DNA of 64,000 nucleotides from Candidatus Uhrbacteria bacterium (GCA_943354605.1 CALRCK010000002.1:71186-135185); one strand, 5' to 3'; counted from the first letter of the stretch, positions 48,801 through 55,824 are shown. Program-made: numbers and translations. Notes: a model not told the origin generated them from the sequence alone.

Positions 48801-49562
48801 GTCGCACGTGATTGCCGTTCCGCCAGAGCTCAGTAATCCTGTTCCGATCGTCACCGTGAACGTCGCATTCTCATCAAAACAGAATCGATCCGAGTTTGGC
48901 TCCGGACACGCTGCCGCTGGAGTAAACGTGACGTGATTCCCGCTGGTGGTAAATGTTCCCGACACCGCAGTGCCAGACGCATCAGCAATCGTGATATTTG
49001 CATCGACCGCGGTACTATCAACCGTTTTACTAAACGTGATACGTGGGACGATATTGCGAATCGTTACCGATCCATCGGGCGAATATCCTGTTGCGGTAAA
49101 CGACGACGAACTTCCACCGCCTAAACCGTAACCGCTACCGCTACTTCCACTACTACCGCTCCCGCTTCCAGAGCCCGTGGCATTGGTGAGCGAAGAAATG
49201 ATAAATGTCGCGATGCTCCAGGACATCAGGATAATGATCAGTCCAATCACGGCATTGATGAGGATCTTTTTCGCCTTATCCACCTGATCCGGTCGGCCAG
49301 CGGCAGTCATCCATACAAAACCACCGTACACAATGAAACACACCAACACGATGCCGATGACACCAAGTCCTGTACGAATAATGTTTCCGACGATGATCTT
49401 CGGATCCGTCGTGCTCAAACCAGTTTCGTCACCAACAGACGTCAGTGTATCGGTGGTAACGTCTGCGGCCAAAGCAGTCGATGCATGAACGCCGAAAGCC
49501 CCAATGCCCAAAAGAAGGCTGAGGCTTATTGCGGTGCAAAGTTGGGCAATGCGACGTTTCAC
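39840..49562 (-). CDS. Giant (3240 aa) cell-surface protein. N-terminal signal peptide plus a TrbC/VirB2-pilin-like two-helix module, a Gly/Ser linker, IPT/TIG-like domains, at least 7 Myxococcus-type cysteine-rich repeats (CGDG...ECDDGN...DGCS..C), and a C-terminal vWA domain with a DxSxS MIDAS motif.
   Basis: Single uninterrupted ORF with a GTG start at 49562. Repeats and the MIDAS motif (VTDTSGSMG...DRIIVLLSDGEPT) read directly from the translation. IPT-like PVITDVSPQDGAVGTYVTITGTDFG. Confidence 0.85.
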   Translation of the reverse strand: MKRRIAQLCTAISLSLLLGIGAFGVHASTALAADVTTDTLTSVGDETGLSTTDPKIIVGNIIRTGLGVIGIVLVCFIVYGGFVWMTAAGRPDQVDKAKKILINAVIGLIIILMSWSIATFIISSLTNATGSGSGSGSSGSSGSGYGLGGGSSSSFTATGYSPDGSVTIRNIVPRITFSKTVDSTAVDANITIADASGTAVSGTFTTSGNHVTFTPAAACPEPNSDRFCFDENATFTVTIGTGLLSSGGTAITCDTTTPCTSTFTSGSLVDTEDPVASITVPESTVPADSTTDFQVGATDDAGVSAADFLVDDEWQDSISADGTTDTTISTTIDTSSFVSGTRYTFKATVTDFAGNEDSDTVSVRARPEWCYNGVEDTDLGETGIDCGGDSTATTYCGACDGSSCTEDSDCSSGSCTDGVCVSNPVITDVSPQDGAVGTYVTITGTDFGANTGTILFTDTAGTGTVEAEILTSCADGWSDTQVVVAVPDGAGDGPITLTNADDVSDTTDDDSGELIPNFDVNDTVHPGLCSLSKSTGTSTSALTLSGANFGDTQDTSTVTFTSTEAGSYTSWSDSSVKVTVPEATAGSYDVGVTVGGEASNTIAFEVTEATSETATIVDISPSEGGIGQYVTLTGSNFGTSVGTVTFTSSTGDTATGSVDFPSACSSDYWDDDEVIIIVPDTLDNGTALSAGAYTVSITPRGGTASSGVDFTVTDADPTPGICSITSSADVGGSITIAGDHFGLDTDTVTFYSDVTSITAGSWNNSEIQIEVPTGAVTGPVTVTVAGVESNSVNLTVGAVESTTAVEVAGAYAWDFSTGEIMAVPGVVTECSDDTVSAVPNNSYSEQSEICVNAVVYAEFTELMNEATVSDALSVVKCTASVSSPSDDPCATTEAVSGTATVAGSTVSRVTWIPDSDFDTDTTYQVTISTAAMSTDSIAMASDVTWEFTTSTSSEQCVVDRVTVTPTEDTLAEKNATTGFSANAGTGCVVVDSSDYTWGWSLDSHSYVDFNTTADSTCVGDPSACATLEAFAEGVTAVTATALNASEAGSVSDDSTLTVNFTDPYISSYAPDCTEACTNAAISASFNTAMTQTDIEDGGNIVLDHCSNELCTNLTFVDSNPPCTFDPTDTTRCTGFEFPTEALTAGEYYRVIVSGDVTSTSGVALIRTNYGSDYSWTFRVREDGTACAVERISLLPSSIVVAAVGDTSAFTVEAYGAADSCSTSGQQLTGADYTWGWTNPIPDSDQNTATDGYTAAWKTVNDALLDGGSSSIVAGCSSSCTPAGSSPYQAVCGDGTLDRETDGSGEECDDGNTTDHDGCSSSCLLEGSSACTFTCSSTGATCTADSECQETCDATTSLCTVSGTACTTDSDCAYAASTCGTVETNCCGNSVIDVTYSSDIAESCDDGNVVDGDGCSATCLAEGSASVGATCGNNDIVYDATTHAGELCDDGNNASGDGCSRLCLPEGSQSLASLGGALCGDGEITAPYETCDDGNTDNNDGCSSICIREGLTKCTTTVTTNCCGNATVEQDATTSAGEDCDPAAGTEGCTSSCTFEGSSVEFATPSVCGDGVAGTGEYSACESASVTGDGREDPTQVAYMTSDAVLEVSPTTNEAIGVVTVSIAEAPDLSDTADFALTCSASNDQDCADPTTTGVGVAHCCVPRPTLESSAPSGTSVCRNAAINGVFSEEMDKGSFTYEETTDGVTTTTPYMYVKLNLNGAHACPDGYTELAMTKTSFFARIIQTIRTFFLGEDVEAAAAAGAAGSGDCVLPIDSYTQTDMGDGTFKVSLNYSQALEASSSYTLVFVGDDDTTDETTDGITSKLGAGMAGTQSVTFTTGTDICTLDAVDVTDTDETSPNTFTTTGESHTFTATPISYDNSTRQEITSIDGVYSWVWSGWESADTTLFTATQGGSSALDTAAVVTVGDNGNSTVVATATVTDSTTTAQACSVTTTQSCSIDSDCPATETCETVTSTVDGSADVTALLCENPWPALSSYPWTDDASGDSGVSELPGGYMNFSVAYCKDYGSDSGSCSVTTTTSCNADSDCPDTETCSLHDFSDDLPDVNVVLAPTSPTSKVLKEYLFEIDSTSSTASTDDAGDVIGVRLLSNAEYLSPMAWYEDQGFTGSPSETIVDGFQAVTDDRSTYIAIANSTTSGLYSNILVISYNEGASAVTQEVYNQMLENIHFLTNVTDTAVCSATASTSCTADADCPSGETCLDDKAKITRDTERLADLKDVSIAVSAYGVPTLSSGTAVRALASSAWTSWSESLGGALDETSLPTDPLNTYAACSGYDSATCVNQTSGSYSCPDGSYVYHYRAVGSRDYELATELEYTASSWVNSLDDDTTDEVTFYTSSYCDGDVYGTSSACGDGIIGVNASGVTETCEIGDVQAAACVYDVGADGVSGTSDDTDGTANADCNSTCTGYDAVAADATCSADSCGDGVVNGTETCDDGAMNGEYGYCGDLCDYTTATFCGDGVISGGEACDCGDSNATTALADSKPYGGSVGSCIGRNGTYGANPNTTCAWDCSGAASYCGDTVVDSVESCDGTDDAWAGSLCSDGVTECTTSADCGTGTCGAWVGAACPEAHVCDGGTYDGYPCDITAWPTSVSSEFSSGALLIAELALHAYCVDNGGTCDSAGQTYQTYRTRSCDDGDSSSTCGWDSWNYCNYNGQYCGNGVVDGDEECDDGNDVATDDCTTACTLNVCGDGYIYDGVEECDQGTENGAGCDSAYESTCTACSTSCYYTTSSGEFCGDGVLNGDEVCDGADVPYYWWSTSEDLYTFAGTCDPADSGKEWHETHTDASGNPEYHTYIDDSGVEQYSLTYCYEIGMCNGGTDNGEIHIAGAICDGGGTWVPPVCDASCASTCPTSTSNIDLLLTSNQAGAADTSDVDLYSYDSSSTASLPNAATITVPACTVAGNLVADVDFGNANPPEVYVVFVTDTSGSMGYAFGADSDTDTTVDERLVVAKASLTTAIGTLFDELGSKVHIGLVSFSSSSSIDTRDGSNNPVFLDESDESTLTGSAGIAGYSAGGGTYADEGLQDAMALFAANTDAYAANTDRIIVLLSDGEPTAGHEPDADVLTVLQSGTELYSLALTSTDTLETSMDRWSSNTICAKTESSLSSCDIDESTSDPDSSEDYNDNNLLDYSYSGATSSELSGAYTSIIDSITKGQAVLLSSSDGVVSVDRGQVDDSHNITLPWPSGFECDGTNETEVPVQITFRGDGTINVSNVRIDYCAP

Positions 49563-49571
49563 AAAGGTCGG

Positions 49572-51371
49572 TTAGAAAAGCGAACAGGCAGTATCTTGCG
49601 CAACACCATTACAACAAAACGGCGCCGTTGTTGTTGTTCCGCATGAACCGCCTGATGCGTCGGGGCCCTCTCCAGGGACAAAGCAATTTTGATACTCATT
49701 TCGCACGCCTTCGTTTGCTGTCACGCTGTACATGTAGGACAACGGAACCGTTGCATCCGAAGCTAAAAACGTTCCATGGGAAATGGTAACCAGGGTTTTT
49801 GCCGGCACCTGAGAATCCACAAGCACTTCATCGCCCTCAGATGTTAACGATGTTGCGCCGAACGAATACCACATTTCATGACTATCCCCGCTCGTCATTT
49901 CCTTATTCGTCATGACAATGTTGGACGAATTTGCGGTGGATGAATCCAGCAACGAGTCAAAGGTGATTTGTACCGACTGATCAAGATCGACATTCTCTTC
50001 CTCAATGTTTGGTGTGATGCTCTCGATTGCCGGCGCGTCAAGATTGATGTCGTTGGTGGTGGTAAAGCCCCACGTGTAGTCGTCGTCCGTTCCAACGGAT
50101 CCATCGCTATTGCCGTCGAGCGAATTTCCGGAAGTGTCCACAATGCCATCGTATGGGAAAATAGACGCCGTCGGATCTGTTGTGCTGGTTGGCGTCGCTG
50201 AATACACCGTGGCAGTAATCGATTCCCCGCCAGGCAAACAGTATATTGTCTCACCGCACGAATTCGTGCCGCACGCGTCGGTTGATGTGAACGTCACGGT
50301 TTTGTACGAATTGCTGATGACATATTCTCCGGCAACAGGAGCCGTAGACGACGTGCCGACAATTTGGATATTTGAGAATCCGCTGTCGCTCTCACGCGTT
50401 CCCGTGGCTGACGTTGGATCCACCGCTTCGCTAAAAATCGCTTGAACAACAATGTTTCGGTCCTTTGTGGTGCCGTCGGTTGGAATGACGTATTGCACCG
50501 TCGGTGGCGTGATATCAACGGTTGTCCCGGTGGTGAAGTACCAAAGATACCCACCCGAATCGATTGGAGTATCACCATCAGTATTCTTGATGGAATCACT
50601 CAAATATACGGCGTATGTAACGTCTTCTGTCGCCGAACCAAGATACTCGGTTGGATCGAACACAAAGGTCTTGAGGTCATCTGTAAACGTCACCGCAACA
50701 TCGGTGAGCGCCGCCGAGTCACCATCCGCACGAACATAAATCTTTACGTTCTCGCTATTGATTGCCGTGGCCGTTGTGTCGTCGGAAACGTCGCTCGGCG
50801 TACTATTCGTATCGTATCCAGTAATAAACGATGAAATATCCATTGCGTCACGGAAGGTCACAAATATTCGCGTGTTGCGAGAAATGTCTGTTGCGCCACG
50901 AGCGGGATAATGATCACGGATCACTCCAGAGCCCAGAGAATTGGAAAGCGATTCAACCGAAACGCTTCCCGAAGAGCTCCCAGAACCGGATCCACCGGTC
51001 GCATCAGTAAGTAAATTGATAACGAACACGGAAATCGCGTATGCGGACATGGTGATGAGCAAACCAACGACGGCATTGATCAAAATCCCTTTCGCCTTAT
51101 CAACCTTCTTCCCATCACCACCAGCCGTCATCCAAATTGCACCCGCGTAGACCAAGAGAATCAAAAAGACAACACCAAGAATACTCAGGAACACATTGAT
51201 GATGCGGCCGATAATTGTTGTGAGACTGTCGGTGCCCAAACCCGCCGTTGATCCAACCGAAGAAAGATTGCTGTCTGCAGCAAAAACAAGGAGCGGTACT
51301 CCAATGAACGCACCAACCGCGGCAAGCATGGCGCCGCGCTTGAGGACCTTGAGCACAGTGGGAGAAATCAT
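49572..51371 (-). CDS. Surface protein (599 aa) with the same VirB2/TrbC-like N-terminal module as the giant gene, followed by Ig-like domains and a Cys-containing C-terminus
   Basis: ATG 51371 (MISPTVLKVLKRGAMLAAVGAFIG...). The segment ILGVVFLILLVYAGAIWMTAGGDGKKVDKAKGILINAVVGLLI aligns with the giant protein's GVIGIVLVCFIVYGGFVWMTAAGRPDQVDKAKKILINAVIGLII. Only 9 nt separate it from the giant gene. Confidence 0.75.
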   Translation of the reverse strand: MISPTVLKVLKRGAMLAAVGAFIGVPLLVFAADSNLSSVGSTAGLGTDSLTTIIGRIINVFLSILGVVFLILLVYAGAIWMTAGGDGKKVDKAKGILINAVVGLLITMSAYAISVFVINLLTDATGGSGSGSSSGSVSVESLSNSLGSGVIRDHYPARGATDISRNTRIFVTFRDAMDISSFITGYDTNSTPSDVSDDTTATAINSENVKIYVRADGDSAALTDVAVTFTDDLKTFVFDPTEYLGSATEDVTYAVYLSDSIKNTDGDTPIDSGGYLWYFTTGTTVDITPPTVQYVIPTDGTTKDRNIVVQAIFSEAVDPTSATGTRESDSGFSNIQIVGTSSTAPVAGEYVISNSYKTVTFTSTDACGTNSCGETIYCLPGGESITATVYSATPTSTTDPTASIFPYDGIVDTSGNSLDGNSDGSVGTDDDYTWGFTTTNDINLDAPAIESITPNIEEENVDLDQSVQITFDSLLDSSTANSSNIVMTNKEMTSGDSHEMWYSFGATSLTSEGDEVLVDSQVPAKTLVTISHGTFLASDATVPLSYMYSVTANEGVRNEYQNCFVPGEGPDASGGSCGTTTTAPFCCNGVAQDTACSLF

Positions 51372-51403
51372 GCGCACAGTATACCGCACTCGAACGAACA
51401 CCT

Positions 51404-52498
51404 TTATTTTTTTGCTGGGGAAAAAATGTGTGCAATAGCGTCGCGAAGGTGTTCAAGTCCTTCGCCAGTTTTTGCAGAAACCGCGATCATTCCCTCTTCC
51501 ATAGGGAAAGATCCTTGATGCCATGCGTCAATTTTGTTGAACACACGAAGAACAGGCGTGTCGGTAACGCCAAGTTTTTTCAAAATATCGTCTACAACCG
51601 CAATTTTTTCCTCGCGTTTGTCGTCTGCGGCGTCGATGACATGCAGAAGAAGATCGGCGCCAATCGCCTCCGAAAGTGTTGAGCGAAACGACGCCAAAAG
51701 TTCAGGAGGAAGCCCCTGAATAAACCCGATCGTATCGGAAAGTAAGGCCGTTCCTTCGAGCGCCGGCAGATACATCGTGCCAACACGGGTATCGAGGGTG
51801 GCAAACAGCGCGTTTGCGGCGTATTCCTTGCGCTTCGTGAGCGCGTTTAACAACGAGGTCTTCCCCGCGTTTGTGTAGCCAACCAACGCCACCGTGCGCT
51901 GGCGCATTTTGTCTCGTCGTTCACGCTGCCGGTCGCGAACGCCTTGATACGTTTCAAGCTTCTTCATGATGGCGCGCTCTTGCTCCTTCAAATGCCGCTT
52001 CATCGCCTCCGTGTTCCCCTCTCCGCTTCCGCCGCGTGTTCCGGTTCCGCCGCGCTGACGGCCAAGCTGTTCACCCATGTCGTAAATCCGCGGGCCCATG
52101 TGCCGGATTCGCGCTAACTCGATCTCGAGCTTCGCCTCCGTTGTTTTTGCGTGCTTATCAAAAATGTTCAAAATCAAGTCTGTTCTATCCCACACTCTCA
52201 TCTTTGCCGGCTTCAGCTCCTCCTCCAAGTGAAAAATCTGACTCGGTTTAAGCACGTGATTGACGACGAGGAGCGTTGCACCAAGCGCCTTGGCATCGGC
52301 GAGAATCTCCTCAACTTTTCCCTTGCCGATGAATGTTCGGCCGTCAGGCTTCTCTTTTCGCTGAATGTTCTTGACCACTACGGCCCCACCGTACGTTCGC
52401 ACAAGCTCCTCCAGTTCCTCCATTCGATCCGAAGCCTCCCGCGCACTGGCGCGGAAGTGTATGAGGTCGGCGAGAATGGTTTTTTGTGGGGTGGCCAT
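51404..52498 (-). CDS. hflX: GTPase HflX
   Basis: From ATG 52498. DRTDLILNIFDKHAKTTEAKLEIELARI (HflX N-domain) and LVGYTNAGKTSLLNALT (G1). Not Obg. Confidence 0.85.
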   Translation of the reverse strand: MATPQKTILADLIHFRASAREASDRMEELEELVRTYGGAVVVKNIQRKEKPDGRTFIGKGKVEEILADAKALGATLLVVNHVLKPSQIFHLEEELKPAKMRVWDRTDLILNIFDKHAKTTEAKLEIELARIRHMGPRIYDMGEQLGRQRGGTGTRGGSGEGNTEAMKRHLKEQERAIMKKLETYQGVRDRQRERRDKMRQRTVALVGYTNAGKTSLLNALTKRKEYAANALFATLDTRVGTMYLPALEGTALLSDTIGFIQGLPPELLASFRSTLSEAIGADLLLHVIDAADDKREEKIAVVDDILKKLGVTDTPVLRVFNKIDAWHQGSFPMEEGMIAVSAKTGEGLEHLRDAIAHIFSPAKK

Positions 52499-52659
52499 GA
52501 CGCGAAGCGAATAATCAACGGGTGGCGCCGAGGGAGGTCCCCGTACGGAGCGCAACGAGCGCCGCACGTACTCAATGCTTACACAAAGGGTTCGTGCGCG
52601 AGCTGAGCACCGTAACGGGGTCCGAGGCGACAGGACCCGTTGATGAGTGAGAGGAGCGA

Positions 52660-52696
52660 GAGTCTGGATCCCCGCCTACGCGGGGATGACTCAAGT
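52660..52696. repeat. R3 REP-like hairpin, copy 3 (GGATCCCCGCCTACGCGGGGATGACTCA)
   Basis: Perfect stem with one loop substitution relative to copies 1 and 2. Confidence 0.6.
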
Positions 52697-52698
52697 AC

Positions 52699-53145
52699 TT
52701 ACTTCTTGAGAATTTTATCCACGGCTGCCTTAATGCGCGAGCCGTCGGCGTACTCCTTCAAATCTGCCATAAGCGCACCCATTGCCTTGCCCACGGATGC
52801 CATATCGGTAATGCCGAGATCGGCGAGCTTCGCGCGAACCTTTTCTTCAAGCTCACCGTCGGTCATTTGTGCTGGCAGATACTTTTCGAGAATCGCAATT
52901 TCCGCCTTTGCCTTTTCCGCCAAATCTTCGCGAGCCGCACTTGCAAACGACTCAAGGCTATCCTTCAGCTTCTTGAGGTCGCTCTTAATCGTCGCAACCA
53001 CATCGGCGTCGTCCAGTTCCTTTCCAAGATCAATCGCCTTGTTTTTGATGGACGAAATCAGCATGCGCACCGTGTCGAGCGTTGCAGAATCCTTGTTCTT
53101 CATTGCGGCCTTCATGTCCTCACGGATCTGTTCGTAGAGAGTCAT
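52699..53145 (-). CDS. GatB/YqeY domain-containing protein
   Basis: 148 aa. MTLYEQIREDMKAAMKNKDSATLDTVRMLISSIKNKAID... is typical of the YqeY family. Confidence 0.8.
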   Translation of the reverse strand: MTLYEQIREDMKAAMKNKDSATLDTVRMLISSIKNKAIDLGKELDDADVVATIKSDLKKLKDSLESFASAAREDLAEKAKAEIAILEKYLPAQMTDGELEEKVRAKLADLGITDMASVGKAMGALMADLKEYADGSRIKAAVDKILKK

Positions 53146-53175
53146 ATGAAAACGATTGTAGCCTAAAAAGGCAAA

Positions 53176-53210
53176 AACAAAAACGTCTCCGAGAATTCAG
53201 AGACGTTTTT
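53176..53210 (-). terminator. Terminator hairpin AAAAACGTCTCCGAGAATTCAGAGACGTTTTT after rpsU
   Basis: Perfect inverted repeat flanked by A/T runs. Confidence 0.6.
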
Positions 53211-53214
53211 GATG

Positions 53215-53466
53215 TTATCGACGAGTTGGCTTGCGGAGGTCCTCTTCCTTAATCTTTCCGGTTTTCAGAAGATATTCACGCTTTGCACCCTTTTCAAGAC
53301 TGCGAAGTTTGCTCTCCTTTACCTTATTTGGCTTTGCTTTCTTTGCAAAGTATCGGCCGGCGCGGACGTCGAGGACTTTTCCGCTTTGCTGCTGACGGCG
53401 GCTAAAACGGCGGAATACCGCCTCAAAGCTCTCGCCTTTCTTTCGTTTGACTTCAATATCAGACAT
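53215..53466 (-). CDS. rpsU: 30S ribosomal protein S21
   Basis: MSDIEVKRKKGESFEAVFRRFSRRQQQSGKVLDVRAGRYFAKKAKPNKVKESKLRS... Confidence 0.9.
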   Translation of the reverse strand: MSDIEVKRKKGESFEAVFRRFSRRQQQSGKVLDVRAGRYFAKKAKPNKVKESKLRSLEKGAKREYLLKTGKIKEEDLRKPTRR

Positions 53467-53530
53467 AGTTTTTCACTCCTCTCAGAGATGCGGAGGATGA
53501 TAGCAGATGGAACAGAAATGGGCAAATGTA

Positions 53531-53785
53531 TTAATAGACGTCGTCATGATTCCCCGCTTGTCGGATAACAACGCACTGGTCTTCGAGAGTAAAGATTATG
53601 CGATAGCTCTGTGTTACCGAACAAGAGAAAAACGCCGACAATGAACCGCGAAGTCGATGCGTTCGCAAGGCAGGCTGGAAAGGATCCTGCTCCAGCATAA
53701 AAAGACAATCTGCAATGCGGCCCTGAAGATCTGAAGAGCACCGTTTTACTGATCGTAAAAACCCGGGCATCAAAACGACCTTCAT
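53531..53785 (-). CDS. Type II toxin, RelE/ParE superfamily
   Basis: 84 aa. The C-terminal SYRIIFTLEDQCVVIRQAGNHDDVY matches the ParE/RelE signature (YRxIYxxxDxxxxIxRIGHRxDxY). Confidence 0.6.
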   Translation of the reverse strand: MKVVLMPGFLRSVKRCSSDLQGRIADCLFMLEQDPFQPALRTHRLRGSLSAFFSCSVTQSYRIIFTLEDQCVVIRQAGNHDDVY

Positions 53786-53788
53786 ACA

Positions 53789-54004
53789 TTATCGGACTGT
53801 CTTCAAAAAATCCTCTTTAGAAGTAAACAGAATTGTATGCTCTTTCCCCAAAAGCATGCGCTTTTCATCTCGCGCAATACTCCGAGCAAGCATCCAATCC
53901 CGTATGGTTTGCAACAAAACTCTGAGTAAAACCAAAAATCCTGGCTTGCGAGCAAACCCTGGAGCGTCGGGAGAAGACTCCAAAGAAAATATTTTTGTAT
54001 TCAT
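53789..54004 (-). CDS. Putative cognate antitoxin (family not recognised)
   Basis: 72-aa ORF whose stop lies 3 nt upstream of the toxin ATG. No recognisable RHH/Phd motif. Confidence 0.3.
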   Translation of the reverse strand: MNTKIFSLESSPDAPGFARKPGFLVLLRVLLQTIRDWMLARSIARDEKRMLLGKEHTILFTSKEDFLKTVR

Positions 54005-54158
54005 ACACAAAAAGTATAGCAAGCTCGTAATAAAACGCGAAGAGACCCTCGACCGGCATGCCGATCGAGGGTCTCCGTTGGCCGGCGCTGCGTACGCCTG
54101 CCCGTGCTGTCTACCGACCGAACACCGAACCTTGACTCGAACCGCTGACCGATCCCCG

Positions 54159-55607
54159 CTACGGGATCGTGACGACGCCGTCGCCGCCGTTCATGACGCC
54201 GTCGCCGTCGGTGTCGTACTCGGAGTCGGTGGTCGAGCTGAGCACGGACACGCCGCCGATCGTGAAGACCGACGTGTGCACCGTACCGCCCGACATCCAA
54301 CCCCAGTACTCGACGCCCGTCGTGCTGTCGATGCAGTCCAGGTTGGCCTTGAGGCTGTGCCCCGAGACCGCCCCGAACGCCGACGTGCAGACCTCGCCGG
54401 TCCCGGTGGCGTACACGTACGGCCACCAGGTCGGGTCGTCGGGCGTGTACGGGTACACCGTCATGTCCGAGAGGAACAGGCTGCAGGTGTCGGTGCTCTG
54501 CACACCTTCCGCGCAGATCTCGCTGCTCGAGCTCGGCGTCATGTCCGCCGTGCCGTCGCAGTCCTCGTCCACCGCGTTGTCGAGGATCTCGGCCGCCCCG
54601 GGGTTGATGCCGGAGTTGCCGTCGTCGCAGTCGGTGTCGTCGGCCACGAATCCCGAGGGCGCACCGTCGCACGTGGTCTCCCACGTGGCCGGATCGCCGT
54701 AGGTGTCGCTGTCCGCGTCCGCGTACCACGCGTCGAACGTGAGCCCGTCGTCGATGCCACCCGCGCAGTCGTTGTCCGCGCCGTCGCACACCTCGGGGTT
54801 GCCCGGGAAGGCGGCGGCGTTGCCGTCGTCGCAATCCGTGCTGTCGCCGACGTAGCCGAGGGGCTGGTCGCACGCGATGTCGCTGGTGGCGGCGGACCCG
54901 TAGGTGTCGCCGTCGCCGTCGAGGTACCACGTGCTCTGGCCGCTCACGCTGCTGTCGGCGTCGTCCGCGCTGCCGTCGCAGTCCTCGTCCACGTCTGCCG
55001 CGTCGCACACCTCGGTCGCGCCGGGGTTGACCGCGACGTTGGTATCGTCGCAATCGGTGCTGTCGGTGACGTAGCCGCTGGGCTGGCTGCACGCCGTGGA
55101 GGTCGCCGAGGCGTCCCCGTAGGTGTCGCCGTCGGCGTCCGCGAAGTAGGTGGTGCTGCCGCCGGACTCGTCCACGGAGCCGTCGCAGTTGTTGTCCACC
55201 GTGTCGCACACCTCGGCTGCGTCCGGGTTGATGCTCGCGCCGGTCGTCGCGTCGTCGTTGCAGTCCATCCCGATCTCGCTGTCCGCGCTGATCTGGATGT
55301 AGTGCTTCGGGCCGCCGCTGAGGGTGAGGTTCACGCAGATGTAGTCCGCGTACCCCGACGAGTTGTCCGCGTAGATGTCGGTCCAGTCCGACGGCTCGAT
55401 AGCGAAGCCGTCCTGGTCGTCGTCGAGCGCGAACACGGCGCTGACACCGTCGGAGGTGCAGACCGAGAGGTCGCTGCCGCTGACGCGCTTCGTCGAAGCG
55501 GTGGCCATGATGCCGTACTTCGAGTTGATGGCGGAACCGGACTGCGTGGAGCAGCCGGTGGTGAGGATGATGCCGAGGCCGGTGAGGGCGATGAGGGAGG
55601 TGCGCAT
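54159..55607 (-). CDS. High-GC lipoprotein with ~7 cysteine-rich DCDDxNxxxNPGAxExCDxxDxDCDGxxDE repeats (same family as 12242-14275)
   Basis: ATG 55607 preceded by GGAACGGAG. Lipobox LTTGC. GC ~68%. Confidence 0.75.
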   Translation of the reverse strand: MRTSLIALTGLGIILTTGCSTQSGSAINSKYGIMATASTKRVSGSDLSVCTSDGVSAVFALDDDQDGFAIEPSDWTDIYADNSSGYADYICVNLTLSGGPKHYIQISADSEIGMDCNDDATTGASINPDAAEVCDTVDNNCDGSVDESGGSTTYFADADGDTYGDASATSTACSQPSGYVTDSTDCDDTNVAVNPGATEVCDAADVDEDCDGSADDADSSVSGQSTWYLDGDGDTYGSAATSDIACDQPLGYVGDSTDCDDGNAAAFPGNPEVCDGADNDCAGGIDDGLTFDAWYADADSDTYGDPATWETTCDGAPSGFVADDTDCDDGNSGINPGAAEILDNAVDEDCDGTADMTPSSSSEICAEGVQSTDTCSLFLSDMTVYPYTPDDPTWWPYVYATGTGEVCTSAFGAVSGHSLKANLDCIDSTTGVEYWGWMSGGTVHTSVFTIGGVSVLSSTTDSEYDTDGDGVMNGGDGVVTIP

Positions 55608-55824
55608 TGTCTGGAACTCCGTTCCTTTTTGAGGTCAACTGGCACGGCGCTCCCAAGGGGCAACACCGTTCGGTTATCCATCGGAAAGAGCGGGGTGCGC
55701 TTCCTCTGGGCCTAATGCTGCAAAAATGGCTAGCATTCGCGCAGGATTCGGGCCAGAGGAAGGAGGGGTGAGATTATCCGATTTTCTGCAAAACGTCAAG
55801 GCTTTTTGCTTGTGGCGAACAAAA

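Noticed and set aside
51404-52567. Initial reading of 51404-52567 as Obg/CgtA
   Set aside because: The N-terminal domain (DRTDLILNIFDKHAKTTEAKLEIELARI) and the G1 context GYTNAGKTSLLN match HflX, not the Obg glycine-rich fold.
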